From the NCBI GenBank assembly GCA_041650915.1, contig JBAZKE010000002.1:80638-144637 (forward strand): a stretch of DNA of 64,000 bases. The letters are read 5' to 3'. This DNA comes from Patescibacteria group bacterium. GTDB lineage: Bacteria; Patescibacteriota; Patescibacteriia; UBA10025; JAHIVO01. The position numbers were made by a program, and so were the translations under genes. Each line of letters opens with the position of its first letter. Positions within the stretch are counted from its first letter, which is position 1. The notes under the pieces were generated by a model. That model saw nothing but the letters and a program-made list of their open reading frames with translations, made no database searches and had not been told where the DNA came from. This document shows positions 27,722 to 37,863 of the stretch, piece by piece.

Positions 27722-28120
27722 CTAGCTGTTTAGTTCTTTCCACGCGTCGACGCTGACCACGCTGCCCGTGAGCGTAACCGTACTCTCGAACTTGCGCTGG
27801 ATGCCGGACACATCAGCGGTAACCGTAATCGTCTTCTGGACCGGCCCGCTGTCGACAACCGTAATAGTACACGAGCCGAACCCGACATTCAAACTGCCGC
27901 CGGCGTAGCTGCCGGATTGTTCGAGCCTGAGGTACGCTTCCTGCATGCACGCGTCAGCGGCCGTAAAACTCTGGACCGCTTGCTGCGTCCGGAGCCCGGA
28001 CTGCGTCTCGCCGATGCTGAGGACATTCATGCTCAATCCGATGCTGAGCGTTACGACAACAATAATGAGAACCGCGATAAGCGCAATGTATCCGCCTTGA
28101 TTGTGCTGGTTTGTATGCAT
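27722..28120 (-). CDS. PilX-like minor pilin
   Basis: N-terminal hydrophobic helix GGYIALIAVLIIVVVTLSIGL, TQQAVQSF..A..C. Small size. Confidence 0.45.
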   Translation of the reverse strand: MHTNQHNQGGYIALIAVLIIVVVTLSIGLSMNVLSIGETQSGLRTQQAVQSFTAADACMQEAYLRLEQSGSYAGGSLNVGFGSCTITVVDSGPVQKTITVTADVSGIQRKFESTVTLTGSVVSVDAWKELNS

Positions 28121-28121
28121 A

Positions 28122-28637
28122 CTAATGCTGATCCCTGAGCTCAATGGTCGTCTCAAAGGTATTGCTATAAGCCCATTCCTGCCGGTTTTCCGGATTGACG
28201 TGCTCGAGCGTAACGGTAAAAAAAACATTAACGGTCCGCGCATCAGTGCTCGACACGTTAACAAATTGCAGGTCCGCGATGACCACGCTGTCTGAGTGGA
28301 GCTTGGCAGCTGCACCGGCGCCTTCGCTCATTGTGAGCGAGCTGCCGCTGAAAGAAAAACGGACCGGGTCTTTTGAGGCATCCTGGTACTCAAGCTCGAG
28401 CGCTGTTCCGGCTACCCCCGTCCCTGGCAACGATACGGCTGATGCGCCGTGCGCCGCTTGGGCGACCTTCTCAACGATGAGGCGCCCGTTCTGCTCTACT
28501 TCTTGCATGACGAGCGCCTTCGTCTTGCTGTTGATGATCGTCCACGCAAAACTCGTCGCGGTAATGAGGATGCCGACGATGAGTGCTATATATATAACCA
28601 TTTCGATCAGGGAAAACCCCCGCTGCTTATGGCTCAT
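28122..28637 (-). CDS. Pseudopilin / minor pilin (prepilin-type N-terminus)
   Basis: MSHKQRGFSLIEMVIYIALIVGIL. Confidence 0.65.
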   Translation of the reverse strand: MSHKQRGFSLIEMVIYIALIVGILITATSFAWTIINSKTKALVMQEVEQNGRLIVEKVAQAAHGASAVSLPGTGVAGTALELEYQDASKDPVRFSFSGSSLTMSEGAGAAAKLHSDSVVIADLQFVNVSSTDARTVNVFFTVTLEHVNPENRQEWAYSNTFETTIELRDQH

Positions 28638-31503
28638 AGTCGATCGTTACGTCATGGAGTATGGGCGTCTCAACCCCATCGGATAGTAATTCAGCGCGGT
28701 ACTGGAGCCACCGGAGGCCTGTCGCTGCAGGATCCGCGCCAAGCACCTCGCCGGGGGCGGCGTAGTAGCTGCCGGCAGCGCCATCAGCGCCTACCCATGC
28801 CGCGCCGGCAAGGCCGGCTTCGGTATCCGCGGTACGGGTCTGCAGCCGCACTATGGTACCGGCAGGCTCAGACGCTGCCCAGGCAATATAATTCAAGACC
28901 GGATTAACCGCGCCGGTATCGTACGCTGATGATACAATGCTTCCACTGAGAGAAAATCCGGATGATGCAGAGACGAGGTACGCGAGCCGCACCGCGTCGA
29001 GCGAAACCTGCTGCACGCCGTCCGACCTGAGAAAGGCTTTGAAGGTAATCCGCCGGGCCTTCGGTAGGAATGAAGCGATGTGCGCATCAATATCGGCAGC
29101 TGTACTGTAATTATCCGATCCCGCGACCGCCCACGTGCCGCCGTCCCAGTACTGCCACGTCGCACCGCCATCATCCGAGAGCTGGTAGTAGATCTCGCCA
29201 CCGTTCTTGGTTGCGATCTCCTCGAACGAGTGCCAGGCGTACACGTCAGCCGAGCTGAACGAAATTTTCTGCATGATCGATGGGCTCGTAGTCGGGTATG
29301 ATGCGCCTGCGGCCTTTTCCCAGTACGCGAGTGCGTTGTCAAAACCGATGGTAAAGGGACCGGCCCGTACACCGGTTGTATCAACCCACACGGCGAGCTT
29401 GAGGTAGTACGTGCCGGGCGCCGCGATGCGGCTCGTAATGTCAATCGGGCCGAACGAAGCCCAGGCTGTGGTTCCGATGAGCTGGCCCGAGGTCCACGCT
29501 TCAGTGCCGATGGACGGCAAGCCCGGCTTTGTATCGACGAATACGTACGCCTGGAATTGCCGGGGCCTGCCGCCCAATCTAATGACCGATGTGTCAAACT
29601 GCACGAAAGCAGGGTCGGGATTCGACTCGGTAACCTCAAACGACTGCTCGAAGTAACCGCCAAGCCTGTCATCGCGACCGATGGGAATATAAATCTGCGC
29701 GAACGCGCCGGGGTTGCCGCCCAACAATTGGTAGCTGCCCCGTACATCCACTTCATTTAAACCCTGGTCCCAATCAGTATACTCCCATGGCTTGAGCTCC
29801 AGGTCAAAACCCGAATTGGCGGTACCGCCGGACAAGGTCGGGCTCTGGTTCACGAGTTGCGCCGCCGAATCAATAACCTCAATGTCGCCAGAATCGAATG
29901 AATAATCTGCGGGGATATCGAAGGTGGAATCAAACGCCCTAACCGCATCATACGTTACCCGCACAGCATCGAGTGACACCTGCTGCGCGCCATCAGAAGA
30001 CAAAAATGCGCGGAACAGGAGCCGCTGCGCACCCGCAGGGAAACTCAATATGTGCGAATTGATTTCCGCGGCGGTATTGAAATCGGTATCAGATGTAACG
30101 ACAATCCACGTGCCGCCGTCCCAGTACTGCCACGTCGCACCGTCATCATCCGAGAGCTGGTAGTAGATCTCGCCTCCGTTCTTGGTTGCGATCTCCTCGA
30201 ACGAGTGCCAGGCGTACACGTCAGCCGAGCTGAATGAAGCAGTTGGCGTAATCGGAGGTTCATCGGCCGGGTAGCTCGGCGTCCCGATTTTTTCCCAGTT
30301 CAGCCGCGCATCATCAAAACCGATGCGGAATAACCCATCACGGGTGCGGTCGCTCTCGACCCACACGGCGAGCTTGAGGTAGTACGTCCCGGGCGCCGCG
30401 ATGCGCGAGGCCACGTCGATCGGCCCGATCGACGTCCACGGCGCGGTACCGGTCAGCTCGCCAGATGACCACACCTCCGTACCGACAACCGGCTCGCCGG
30501 GCGCAGAATCAACGAATACGAACGCCTCGAGCGTAACAGGAATCCCATTGAAGGCAAGTACGCTGCCGTCGAAGGAAACGTACGCGGTCTCTGGATTGCT
30601 CTCCGTCACGGTAAAGCTCTGCCGAAAGTACCCGCCGACCTCGTCATAGGTGCCCTGCGGAATGATGATTTCGGCGTACCCGCCAGGATCCCCTCCGGAC
30701 AACTGCCGTAAACCGCGTACATTCACCTCATCACCGCCTTGGTTCCAATCGGCGTACTGCCAAGGCGTGAGTGCGGCATCAAAACCCGGATTCGTCGTGC
30801 CGCCGGACGCTGAGATGCTCTGGTTCACAAGCTGCGCCACCGAACCCGTTATTTCAATGTCTGCGGGATCAAAGGTATAGCCCGCCGGGTCGTCAAAGGG
30901 AGAGATGAAGTGCGGAGGCACTCCCGCCTCAACGAGGCGGACATCCCCCCCGTCTGTCCCGGTTGCGACCGCACTGCTCAATGTGCCCTGATTAAAATCA
31001 GCCTCCGTGGTCTGTACCCACTTCAGGCTCTGCCAATTCGTGAGATAGCTCGTCAACGACACTTCGGAAGGGCGTGAGGTGGTGAAATCCCACGTGAGCG
31101 TCGCCGTCAGCTTCTTGGTATCAAAATCAACAGTGCCCCCGGCCTCGACAATGTTTCCAGACGCATCCCGCTGTGCCGGCTCAACGGTAACCGTACGGAC
31201 GAAGGTGTCATCAATAACATTCGGCACCGGAGAGAGAGCCCACGTCCCGCCCGAGCGGTCAATTCCGTACGCCCCGTCGGCAAGGTCCCGCCACCCTCGG
31301 TTCGCGATGCTAACCGCAGCTTCATGCGTTTCTTGGGCGAGCAGGGCAGCCCGCGTGCGCTCTTTGCCCTGCCGATTTGCCGAGTGGGCATCGAGCGTTA
31401 GAAACATGACGCTCGAAACGACCAATACAAACACTCCCATCGCCACGATGAGCTCGATGACGCTCTGGCCGCGTTGGCTGTTGAAGCTACTGTACATTGA
31501 CAA
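28627..31503 (-). CDS. Giant pilin-like protein, 958 aa, with prepilin N-terminus and two ~320-aa internal repeats
   Basis: N-terminus QRGQSVIELIVAMGVFVLVV. The internal block ADVYAWHSFEEIATKNGGEIYYQLSDD[D/G]GATWQYWDGGTW... occurs twice, about 960 nt apart, with near-identical nucleotides at ~29.1 kb and ~30.1 kb. Confidence 0.7.
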   Translation of the reverse strand: MSMYSSFNSQRGQSVIELIVAMGVFVLVVSSVMFLTLDAHSANRQGKERTRAALLAQETHEAAVSIANRGWRDLADGAYGIDRSGGTWALSPVPNVIDDTFVRTVTVEPAQRDASGNIVEAGGTVDFDTKKLTATLTWDFTTSRPSEVSLTSYLTNWQSLKWVQTTEADFNQGTLSSAVATGTDGGDVRLVEAGVPPHFISPFDDPAGYTFDPADIEITGSVAQLVNQSISASGGTTNPGFDAALTPWQYADWNQGGDEVNVRGLRQLSGGDPGGYAEIIIPQGTYDEVGGYFRQSFTVTESNPETAYVSFDGSVLAFNGIPVTLEAFVFVDSAPGEPVVGTEVWSSGELTGTAPWTSIGPIDVASRIAAPGTYYLKLAVWVESDRTRDGLFRIGFDDARLNWEKIGTPSYPADEPPITPTASFSSADVYAWHSFEEIATKNGGEIYYQLSDDDGATWQYWDGGTWIVVTSDTDFNTAAEINSHILSFPAGAQRLLFRAFLSSDGAQQVSLDAVRVTYDAVRAFDSTFDIPADYSFDSGDIEVIDSAAQLVNQSPTLSGGTANSGFDLELKPWEYTDWDQGLNEVDVRGSYQLLGGNPGAFAQIYIPIGRDDRLGGYFEQSFEVTESNPDPAFVQFDTSVIRLGGRPRQFQAYVFVDTKPGLPSIGTEAWTSGQLIGTTAWASFGPIDITSRIAAPGTYYLKLAVWVDTTGVRAGPFTIGFDNALAYWEKAAGASYPTTSPSIMQKISFSSADVYAWHSFEEIATKNGGEIYYQLSDDGGATWQYWDGGTWAVAGSDNYSTAADIDAHIASFLPKARRITFKAFLRSDGVQQVSLDAVRLAYLVSASSGFSLSGSIVSSAYDTGAVNPVLNYIAWAASEPAGTIVRLQTRTADTEAGLAGAAWVGADGAAGSYYAAPGEVLGADPAATGLRWLQYRAELLSDGVETPILHDVTIDYEP

Positions 31504-31930
31504 TGCCGAGATTGTTAATGGTTAACGTGCGCGATCGGCCAGCCGCCGCGCTGATGGTGACCGTTGCCGGAGCAGCCGTGCCCGTGACAGCCTCAAAAAC
31601 GACATCAGCTGCTGTGACTGAAAGCGGCTGGCTAACGTCCACCACATCGTTAAATTGGTCCCCCGGAACGTAGGCGTGCCCGCGGAAAAGCACGAACTGC
31701 TGGCCATCGAAGTGGACGCCAAATGCTGACAGCGCATCCGACGCCATCGCCATTGACTGTGCACGCCGGAGCGCTTGGGCTGCCTCGTGCGCCGTATCAT
31801 CGAGGCGGCTGTCAACCTGGAACGACTGGTAAAAGGGGATTGCGAGGCCGCTGAGCAAACCGAGCATGCCGATCACAATGAGCACCTCAATAAAGGTAAA
31901 GCCATTCGACTGTACGCGGCATTGAATCAT
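31487..31930 (-). CDS. Pseudopilin (GspH/FimT-like)
   Basis: NGFTFIEVLIVIGMLGLLSGLAIP prepilin motif. Confidence 0.7.
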   Translation of the reverse strand: MIQCRVQSNGFTFIEVLIVIGMLGLLSGLAIPFYQSFQVDSRLDDTAHEAAQALRRAQSMAMASDALSAFGVHFDGQQFVLFRGHAYVPGDQFNDVVDVSQPLSVTAADVVFEAVTGTAAPATVTISAAAGRSRTLTINNLGIVNVQ

Positions 31931-31936
31931 AGGATG

Positions 31937-33166
31937 CTACCTGGATAGCGCGCCGGTAAACTGGTAGATCGGCGAAATGATAGCCACCGCCAGAAAACCG
32001 AGCACGACGCCGATTATAACTAAAAGGACCGGCTCAATTACACTCGACAAATTTTTTGTAATTGTATTCACCTCCTCCTCGTAAAAATCCGCGAGGTAGG
32101 CGAGGCTCTCCTCCAGCTTTCCAGTCGTTTCACCGACGCCCACTAACCGCCGAACCATAGGAGTGAAGATATCTTCATTATCCAAAGAGGAGGCGAGTGA
32201 ACCGCCCTTACTGATGCCGCTGAGCGCGCGGCCGAGCTCACGCTTAAAATGGATATTGCCCACTGCGCCTTCCGTGATTTCGATGCTCTCGGTAATGATA
32301 ATGCCGCTCTTGAGGAGCACCGAGAGCATGCGGGTGAGGCGCGCCAGGTTGAGATCCCGTACGAGCTTGCCGATAAACGGGAGCTTCAAAACCAGCTTAT
32401 GGAGGAGCGAGCGTACGTGCCGCACCCTGGCGATGAAGCGCAGCCCAATGATGAATGCGACAAATCCCACTATCACATACAACCCATAGTCAACGAGAAA
32501 AGTAGCGACGTCTAAGAATGTTTGCGTCAGCCCGGGCAACTCTACCCGGAACGTGTCGAACATCTTCACGAGCTTGGGAAGAATGAATATTGACAGGCCG
32601 ATCCCGAGCGCAAGCGTACCCGACAGGATAATCGCCGGGTAGATCATTGCGCTGACCACCTTCCGGCGCAGCTCGTAGTCACGTTCAAGCTCATCGGCGA
32701 TGTAGTCGAGGTTGCGTTCGAGCGTACCGCTCGCTTCGCCCGCGTGTACCATGCCGACAACCGTCTTTGAAAAAACATTCCCGTGCTGCTCCAGGCTTGC
32801 GGCGAGCGTCTTTCCGTTGCTGACATCCTTGAGTACGCTATCGGTAACGAGCTTGAGTTTCTTCGAATCCGCCTGATCACGCACGACGCTGAGCGTCTCA
32901 ACGAGCGGAAGCCCTGATTTCAGCATGGTGCCGAGGTTGCGTACGAACATGATTTTATCGAGCTGCGATACCCTACCGAAACGCAGGGAGCGTACGACTG
33001 CATTGGCGGCCGGCTTTGGTTGCCGCCCCTGTCCTTCGCCCGTCACAGACATAATGATCAGGCCCCGCTGGCGGAGCCCGTCTAAGACGGCACCCTTTGA
33101 GGCTGCCTGGACAGAGCCCTTCTCGATGTGGCCATCTTCAGTTGTGGCAACGTAATCAAACTTCAT
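31937..33166 (-). CDS. pilC: Type IV pilus platform protein PilC (GspF family)
   Basis: Two GspF repeats; three TM helices; 409 aa. Confidence 0.85.
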   Translation of the reverse strand: MKFDYVATTEDGHIEKGSVQAASKGAVLDGLRQRGLIIMSVTGEGQGRQPKPAANAVVRSLRFGRVSQLDKIMFVRNLGTMLKSGLPLVETLSVVRDQADSKKLKLVTDSVLKDVSNGKTLAASLEQHGNVFSKTVVGMVHAGEASGTLERNLDYIADELERDYELRRKVVSAMIYPAIILSGTLALGIGLSIFILPKLVKMFDTFRVELPGLTQTFLDVATFLVDYGLYVIVGFVAFIIGLRFIARVRHVRSLLHKLVLKLPFIGKLVRDLNLARLTRMLSVLLKSGIIITESIEITEGAVGNIHFKRELGRALSGISKGGSLASSLDNEDIFTPMVRRLVGVGETTGKLEESLAYLADFYEEEVNTITKNLSSVIEPVLLVIIGVVLGFLAVAIISPIYQFTGALSR

Positions 33167-33195
33167 ACTGATCCTCCCCCATGGTGAACGGCGTA

Positions 33196-34887
33196 TTACT
33201 CCGTCGATACCCGGAATACTTCTTCAATCGTGGTGACTCCCCGAATCGCTTTGTGCAGGCCATCGTCGAGCATCGTGGTCATCCCCTCGTGGAGCGCTGC
33301 CGTACGGATCTCGTCGCTATTTGCCTGCTTCATAATCAAACGCCGGATCGCTTCGGTCATTTCGAGCACCTCAAAAATCGCGATACGGCCTTCGTAACCC
33401 GTATTACTGCACAGCTTGCAACCCCTGCCGCGGTACAGGCGAAAACCGCGCTTATCCATGCCGAGTTGTGCAAAACGCTCGCCACCGATAACATCCCGTA
33501 TCCTCCGCAGCTCGTCTTCTGACGGGAGGTAGCTCTCCATGCAGCCCTGGTGCACCTTCCGTACGAGGCGCTGCGCGATTGCTACGTTAACGGTCGAAGC
33601 TATTAAAAATGGCTCAATCTTCATGTCAATAAGGCGGGGGAGCGTCGTCGGCGCATCGTTCGTGTGCAGCGTCGAGAGAACGAGATGGCCCGTCATCGCG
33701 GCGTTGATCGCAATGCTGGCAGTCTCCTCATCCCGTATCTCACCGACCATCACGATATCGGGATCCTGGCGAAGGATCGAGCGCAACCCATCGGCAAAGG
33801 TCAGATTGGTTTTCGGATTAACCTGGATCTGGTTAACGCCCTCGATGTCGTACTCCACGGGGTCTTCGATCGTCGCGATATTTACCTCGCGGGTATTGAG
33901 TATCTTGAGCACTGCGTAGAGCGTTGTCGTCTTGCCTGATCCGGTGGGGCCGGTTGCGAGAATCATGCCGTACGGCTTTTTGAATCCGCGCTCGACTTTA
34001 TCCAGGTCGTCCGACTCAAGGCCGAGCTCCGGCAGGCCAAACAGACGGGATTTCTCGGACAGTATCCGCATAACGACCTTTTCGCCATCCGAAACGGGAA
34101 CAATGGAAACCCTCGTATCCACCTTACCGTCATCGACTGTAAACTCCAAACGTCCATCCTGCGCAGCGCGGTGCTCATCAGTGCGCAATTTCGACAGTAT
34201 TTTTATCCTCGTTATGATGTAGGGTTGAATTTCTTTCGGGAGCGTCACGACATCGTGCAGTATCCCGTCGATCCGAAATCGGATCGCAACGCTCGCCTCA
34301 TGCGGCTCAATGTGAATGTCCGAAGCTTTATTGTGGTACGCATACTCGAGTACCGATGCCACGATCTGGGTTGCCGGCTGTTCCCGGGCGCTGTCGGTTG
34401 CGCCCTTCGCCGCTATGATGCTGTCTGAAATGATAGTATCAAATTCATCCGCAATGCTCTTGCGGTAGTGCACGAGTGCTTCCTTGATATCCTGCGCAGT
34501 AGCGTAGTACCGGAGAATTCGCTCACCGGTTTTTTTCGCCAAAAAGTTGACGATCTCCTCATTGCCGGGATCGGCCATGGCGAGTTTTATGCCCGCAGAA
34601 CCACGCTCGAATGCAATAATACGCTGCCGCTTCGCGACGATCTCGGGCACTATCTTGAGCGCCTGCTCATCAATGCTCTTCTTCTTGAGGCTTACGAACG
34701 GAACAGAACAGATATCAGCGATGATTTGCCCGAGATTTTCATCAGATATGAATTCACGCTCGACGAGTACCTCCTCGAGCGGCACGTTACGTTCCCGGGA
34801 CCGGCGCTCTGCCTCGGCGAGCCGCTCCCGGGTCAGGAGCTCCGACTCAGTCAGAACGCTCGCTAACTTTTTGTAGTCAAGTGCCAT
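33196..34887 (-). CDS. pilB: Type IV pilus assembly ATPase PilB (GspE family)
   Basis: Walker A GPTGSGKTT, Asp box, His box, tetracysteine CxxC...CxxC motif, N-terminal GspE_N domain. Confidence 0.9.
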   Translation of the reverse strand: MALDYKKLASVLTESELLTRERLAEAERRSRERNVPLEEVLVEREFISDENLGQIIADICSVPFVSLKKKSIDEQALKIVPEIVAKRQRIIAFERGSAGIKLAMADPGNEEIVNFLAKKTGERILRYYATAQDIKEALVHYRKSIADEFDTIISDSIIAAKGATDSAREQPATQIVASVLEYAYHNKASDIHIEPHEASVAIRFRIDGILHDVVTLPKEIQPYIITRIKILSKLRTDEHRAAQDGRLEFTVDDGKVDTRVSIVPVSDGEKVVMRILSEKSRLFGLPELGLESDDLDKVERGFKKPYGMILATGPTGSGKTTTLYAVLKILNTREVNIATIEDPVEYDIEGVNQIQVNPKTNLTFADGLRSILRQDPDIVMVGEIRDEETASIAINAAMTGHLVLSTLHTNDAPTTLPRLIDMKIEPFLIASTVNVAIAQRLVRKVHQGCMESYLPSEDELRRIRDVIGGERFAQLGMDKRGFRLYRGRGCKLCSNTGYEGRIAIFEVLEMTEAIRRLIMKQANSDEIRTAALHEGMTTMLDDGLHKAIRGVTTIEEVFRVSTE

Positions 34888-34894
34888 GTGCGTA

Positions 34895-35269
34895 CTAACC
34901 AATGTTTTTTTTAACCTTCGAAACGAGATCAACGAGGCTTACGTCCGACTTAACGAGATAATCGACGGCACCGAGCTCGAGCGCACGCTCGACATCGCCC
35001 TCCTGCCCAAGGTTCGATGAAATAATGACAGGGCAATCCTTCGTCCGCGGGTCAGCCTTGAGCTTCTCGAGGACGAGAAAACCGTCCATGCCGGGCAGGA
35101 TAAGATCAAGCAGGATAAGCTTCGGCTGCTCGACCTGCGCTTTCCGCAAACCCTCATCGCCGGTTGTCGCCATCGATACGTCATAACCGCTGATCCTGAG
35201 CTTATTGCCGTATATTTTCAATAATGAGAGGTCATCCTCAATCAGCAGCACTTTTGGTTCAACACTCAT
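34895..35269 (-). CDS. Stand-alone response-regulator receiver (CheY-like)
   Basis: VLLIEDD...LILLDLILPGMDG...VIISSNLGQ...LGAVDYLVK; 124 aa; overlaps the kinase gene by 4 nt. Confidence 0.8.
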   Translation of the reverse strand: MSVEPKVLLIEDDLSLLKIYGNKLRISGYDVSMATTGDEGLRKAQVEQPKLILLDLILPGMDGFLVLEKLKADPRTKDCPVIISSNLGQEGDVERALELGAVDYLVKSDVSLVDLVSKVKKNIG

Positions 35270-36108
35270 TGCGTGGATGGTGAATGCTTAGGTAACGAAA
35301 CATAAACGGTCGTGCCTGCGCCTTCTTTTGACTGGAACCAAATCTCTCCGCCGTGCGCACCGACGATCACGCGGGCGAGGTATAGCCCGAGCCCCGATCC
35401 CGTCGTGTTCTTGTGGAGGATATTTCTCGCGCGAAAAAACTTTGTGAAGATTGCTTCCTGTTCATCATCTGGAATGCCGACTCCGTTATCCCTGCAGGAA
35501 AAAACGATACTCCCATCCCGATCCTTGAGCGAGACGGCAACCTTGCCCTTGCCGCTCGTATACTTGATGGCATTCGCCAGTATATTTTCCACCACCTGCC
35601 GGAGCTTGATAGCGTCTCCCTGTATGGGCGGAAGGGATGCCGGGGGCTCGGCGAGCTCAATGGTGCAATTTGATGCTCGTGCGAGCGTCTGCATCTTGTC
35701 AATCTCTGCCCGGACAATGTCAGCCAGTTGCACCGTTTGCCTGTTCAGCTCCATTTTTTCGGGATCGAGCTTAACAATATTGAGGTAATCGTTAACAAGC
35801 TCTATCGTCTCCCTGCTCACCTTGAGCGCATCATCGAGATACTCCTTCTGCCCGGGCGATACCGCGCCCTGGTCGCCAGTAACGAGGCCCTCCAAGTATC
35901 CCTTGATAACCGAGAGTGGAGTCCTGAGCTGGTGGCTGATGATCGAGACGAAATTCGAACGGCGCTCTTCCATTTTTTTTATTGACCTGACCCGCGTCTG
36001 CCGTTCCCGCTGTACCAAATAAAAAATAAAAAAGAGCTCCCCAATGCAGATTATTATCAATGCGATCGTCAGCGCGTCCATAAGCGTTTTGTACTTTAAA
36101 AATGCCAC
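35266..36108 (-). CDS. Sensor histidine kinase
   Basis: H-box ISHQLRTPL, N-box, G1 DNGVGIP and G2 GSGLGL; N-terminal TM. Confidence 0.8.
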   Translation of the reverse strand: MAFLKYKTLMDALTIALIIICIGELFFIFYLVQRERQTRVRSIKKMEERRSNFVSIISHQLRTPLSVIKGYLEGLVTGDQGAVSPGQKEYLDDALKVSRETIELVNDYLNIVKLDPEKMELNRQTVQLADIVRAEIDKMQTLARASNCTIELAEPPASLPPIQGDAIKLRQVVENILANAIKYTSGKGKVAVSLKDRDGSIVFSCRDNGVGIPDDEQEAIFTKFFRARNILHKNTTGSGLGLYLARVIVGAHGGEIWFQSKEGAGTTVYVSLPKHSPSTQ

Positions 36109-36391
36109 GAACTAACCTATTTGTCAACGTCACAATTATTACTATCCTTAATAATTTTCCGTTAAAATCTTTATAATTTTCATTGACAAGAGCGCTTTAT
36201 TATGCTACAATGAAGGCAGTAAAAAATAAAAAGAAAAATTACAATGAAACAGTCACATAAGATTGTGTTCGATGGGCACCCTCACAATGCGGTCGTGCTC
36301 TATGCTCTCGGAAACAGCATGTACTATAAAAAGAGGAGGGCGACGCATATTTTGGGCCGTTTACTTGAAACTTTTTTAGTACCAAAAAGCT

Positions 36392-37441
36392 ATGCCAAAA
36401 ATCGATAGCATGCTCGTAGACGCTATTAAGCAGGGCGCGTCTGACGTCCACCTCGCAACGGGCAAGTCACCGGTTTTCCGCGTCGACGGCAAACTGATTG
36501 AGCAGAGCGGCCTCAAGGTGCTTACGCCGGAGAGCGTCAAGAGCCTCATCTTTGAGATCCTTTCGGAAAAGCAGCAGCAGATCTTCACACACGAGCGTGA
36601 ACTCGACCTGTCATACGAACTCGATGACCAATCGCGTTTTCGCGTTAACTGCTTTTGGGAACGGGGCAATGTCGCCCTCGCGGCCCGTATCATCGCTTCG
36701 CAGATCCCGAAACTCGAGGAGCTCATGATCCCTGACGTGATCCGAAACCTCATGGACCTCAAGCAGGGGCTCATTCTCGTCACCGGCCCGACCGGGTGCG
36801 GCAAATCAACATCGCTCGCAGCGATGATCAACTACGTCAACCTGAAACGCGCCGCGCACATCATAACGCTCGAGGACCCCATCGAATTCATCTACCCGCC
36901 CGATTCCGGCAAAAGCCTCATCGTTCAGCGCCAGCTCGGGACCGATATGCTCACGTTTGCGCAGGCGCTCAAACACATCCTCCGCCAGGACCCAAACGTC
37001 ATTCTCGTCGGTGAGATGCGCGATCTCGAAACGATCGCAGCGACAATTACGCTCGCCGAAACCGGGCACCTTGTCCTCGCGACGCTCCATACCTACAATG
37101 CAGCCCAGACGGTTGATAGGATTATCGACGTATTCCCGCCGTACCAGCAGCCCCAAATCCGCCTCCAGCTGTCGCTCTTCCTCAAGGGCATCATGTCGCA
37201 GCAGCTGCTTCCGAAAACCGACGGCGGCCGTGTCGCAGCCCGGGAAATCCTTATCAATACGCCGGCAGTCGCGAACTTAATTCGGGAAAATAAGATACCG
37301 CAGGTTAAAACGGTCATCCAGACGAGCGCAGCGGACGGAATGTTCACTATTGACCAGGATCTCAAGCGCCTCTACGAAGAGGGATTCATCTCTGACGATA
37401 CCGCAAAGACGTACATGGTAACGCCATCAATGATCGAGTAA
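36392..37441 (+). CDS. pilT: Twitching-motility ATPase PilT
   Basis: GASDVHL, Walker A GPTGCGKST, ILVGEMRD, AxTGHLV(L)ATLHT. Confidence 0.9.
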   Translation: MPKIDSMLVDAIKQGASDVHLATGKSPVFRVDGKLIEQSGLKVLTPESVKSLIFEILSEKQQQIFTHERELDLSYELDDQSRFRVNCFWERGNVALAARIIASQIPKLEELMIPDVIRNLMDLKQGLILVTGPTGCGKSTSLAAMINYVNLKRAAHIITLEDPIEFIYPPDSGKSLIVQRQLGTDMLTFAQALKHILRQDPNVILVGEMRDLETIAATITLAETGHLVLATLHTYNAAQTVDRIIDVFPPYQQPQIRLQLSLFLKGIMSQQLLPKTDGGRVAAREILINTPAVANLIRENKIPQVKTVIQTSAADGMFTIDQDLKRLYEEGFISDDTAKTYMVTPSMIE

Positions 37442-37545
37442 CTCCCCCCTGAGATGCCCCAGCCGACAGCCGCTCCCCGCACGTTGCCGGCTTGATTTTC
37501 TTTAACGCCCGTGCTACCGTACCATGGTCGCCAACGCGCCCGTAG

Positions 37546-37612
37546 CTCAACTGGATAGAGCGTGTGGCTTCGGACCACAAGGTTGGGAGTTCAAGTCTCT
37601 CCGGGCGCACCA
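37546..37612 (+). tRNA. tRNA-Arg (anticodon TCG), CCA encoded
   Basis: Acceptor GCGCCCG/CGGGCGC, anticodon arm TGTGG-CTTCGGA-CCACA, T arm GGGAG-TTCAAGT-CTCTC. Confidence 0.8.
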
Positions 37613-37628
37613 TCCATGTATCAGTTGC

Positions 37629-37705
37629 GGGCAACTAGCTCAGTTGGTTAGAGCGTCTCGTTTACACCGAGAAGGTCGGGGGTTCGACTCCCTCGTTGCC
37701 CACCA
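37629..37705 (+). tRNA. tRNA-Val (anticodon TAC), CCA encoded
   Basis: Acceptor GGGCAAC/GTTGCCC, anticodon arm TCTCG-TTTACAC-CGAGA, T arm GGGGG-TTCGACT-CCCTC. Confidence 0.85.
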
Positions 37706-37863
37706 TAAACGATAGCGAACAGCAGCGACGTTTACAAAATATCAACAGTGCTAGTTGGCCGGCAGGAGTCGAAGGGCAGCAGCGACCCCAAAGGGGAGCG
37801 CCGATACGTGCGATGCAAAGAGCACGGATCGCTGCCCCGGGAAGACTCCCTCGTTGCCCACCA
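37706..37863 (+). repeat. tRNA-linked structured element, copy 3 (tandem unit 1; ends in a 20-nt copy of the tRNA-Val 3' end)
   Basis: Unit: 60-nt flank taaacgatagcgaac...gttggcc, then core GGCAGGAGTCGAAGGGCAGCAGCGACCC-caaa-GGGGAGCGCCG-[26-nt hairpin]-CGCTGCCCCGGGAA, then GACTCCCTCGTTGCCCACCA identical to the tRNA-Val 3' end. Confidence 0.7.
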
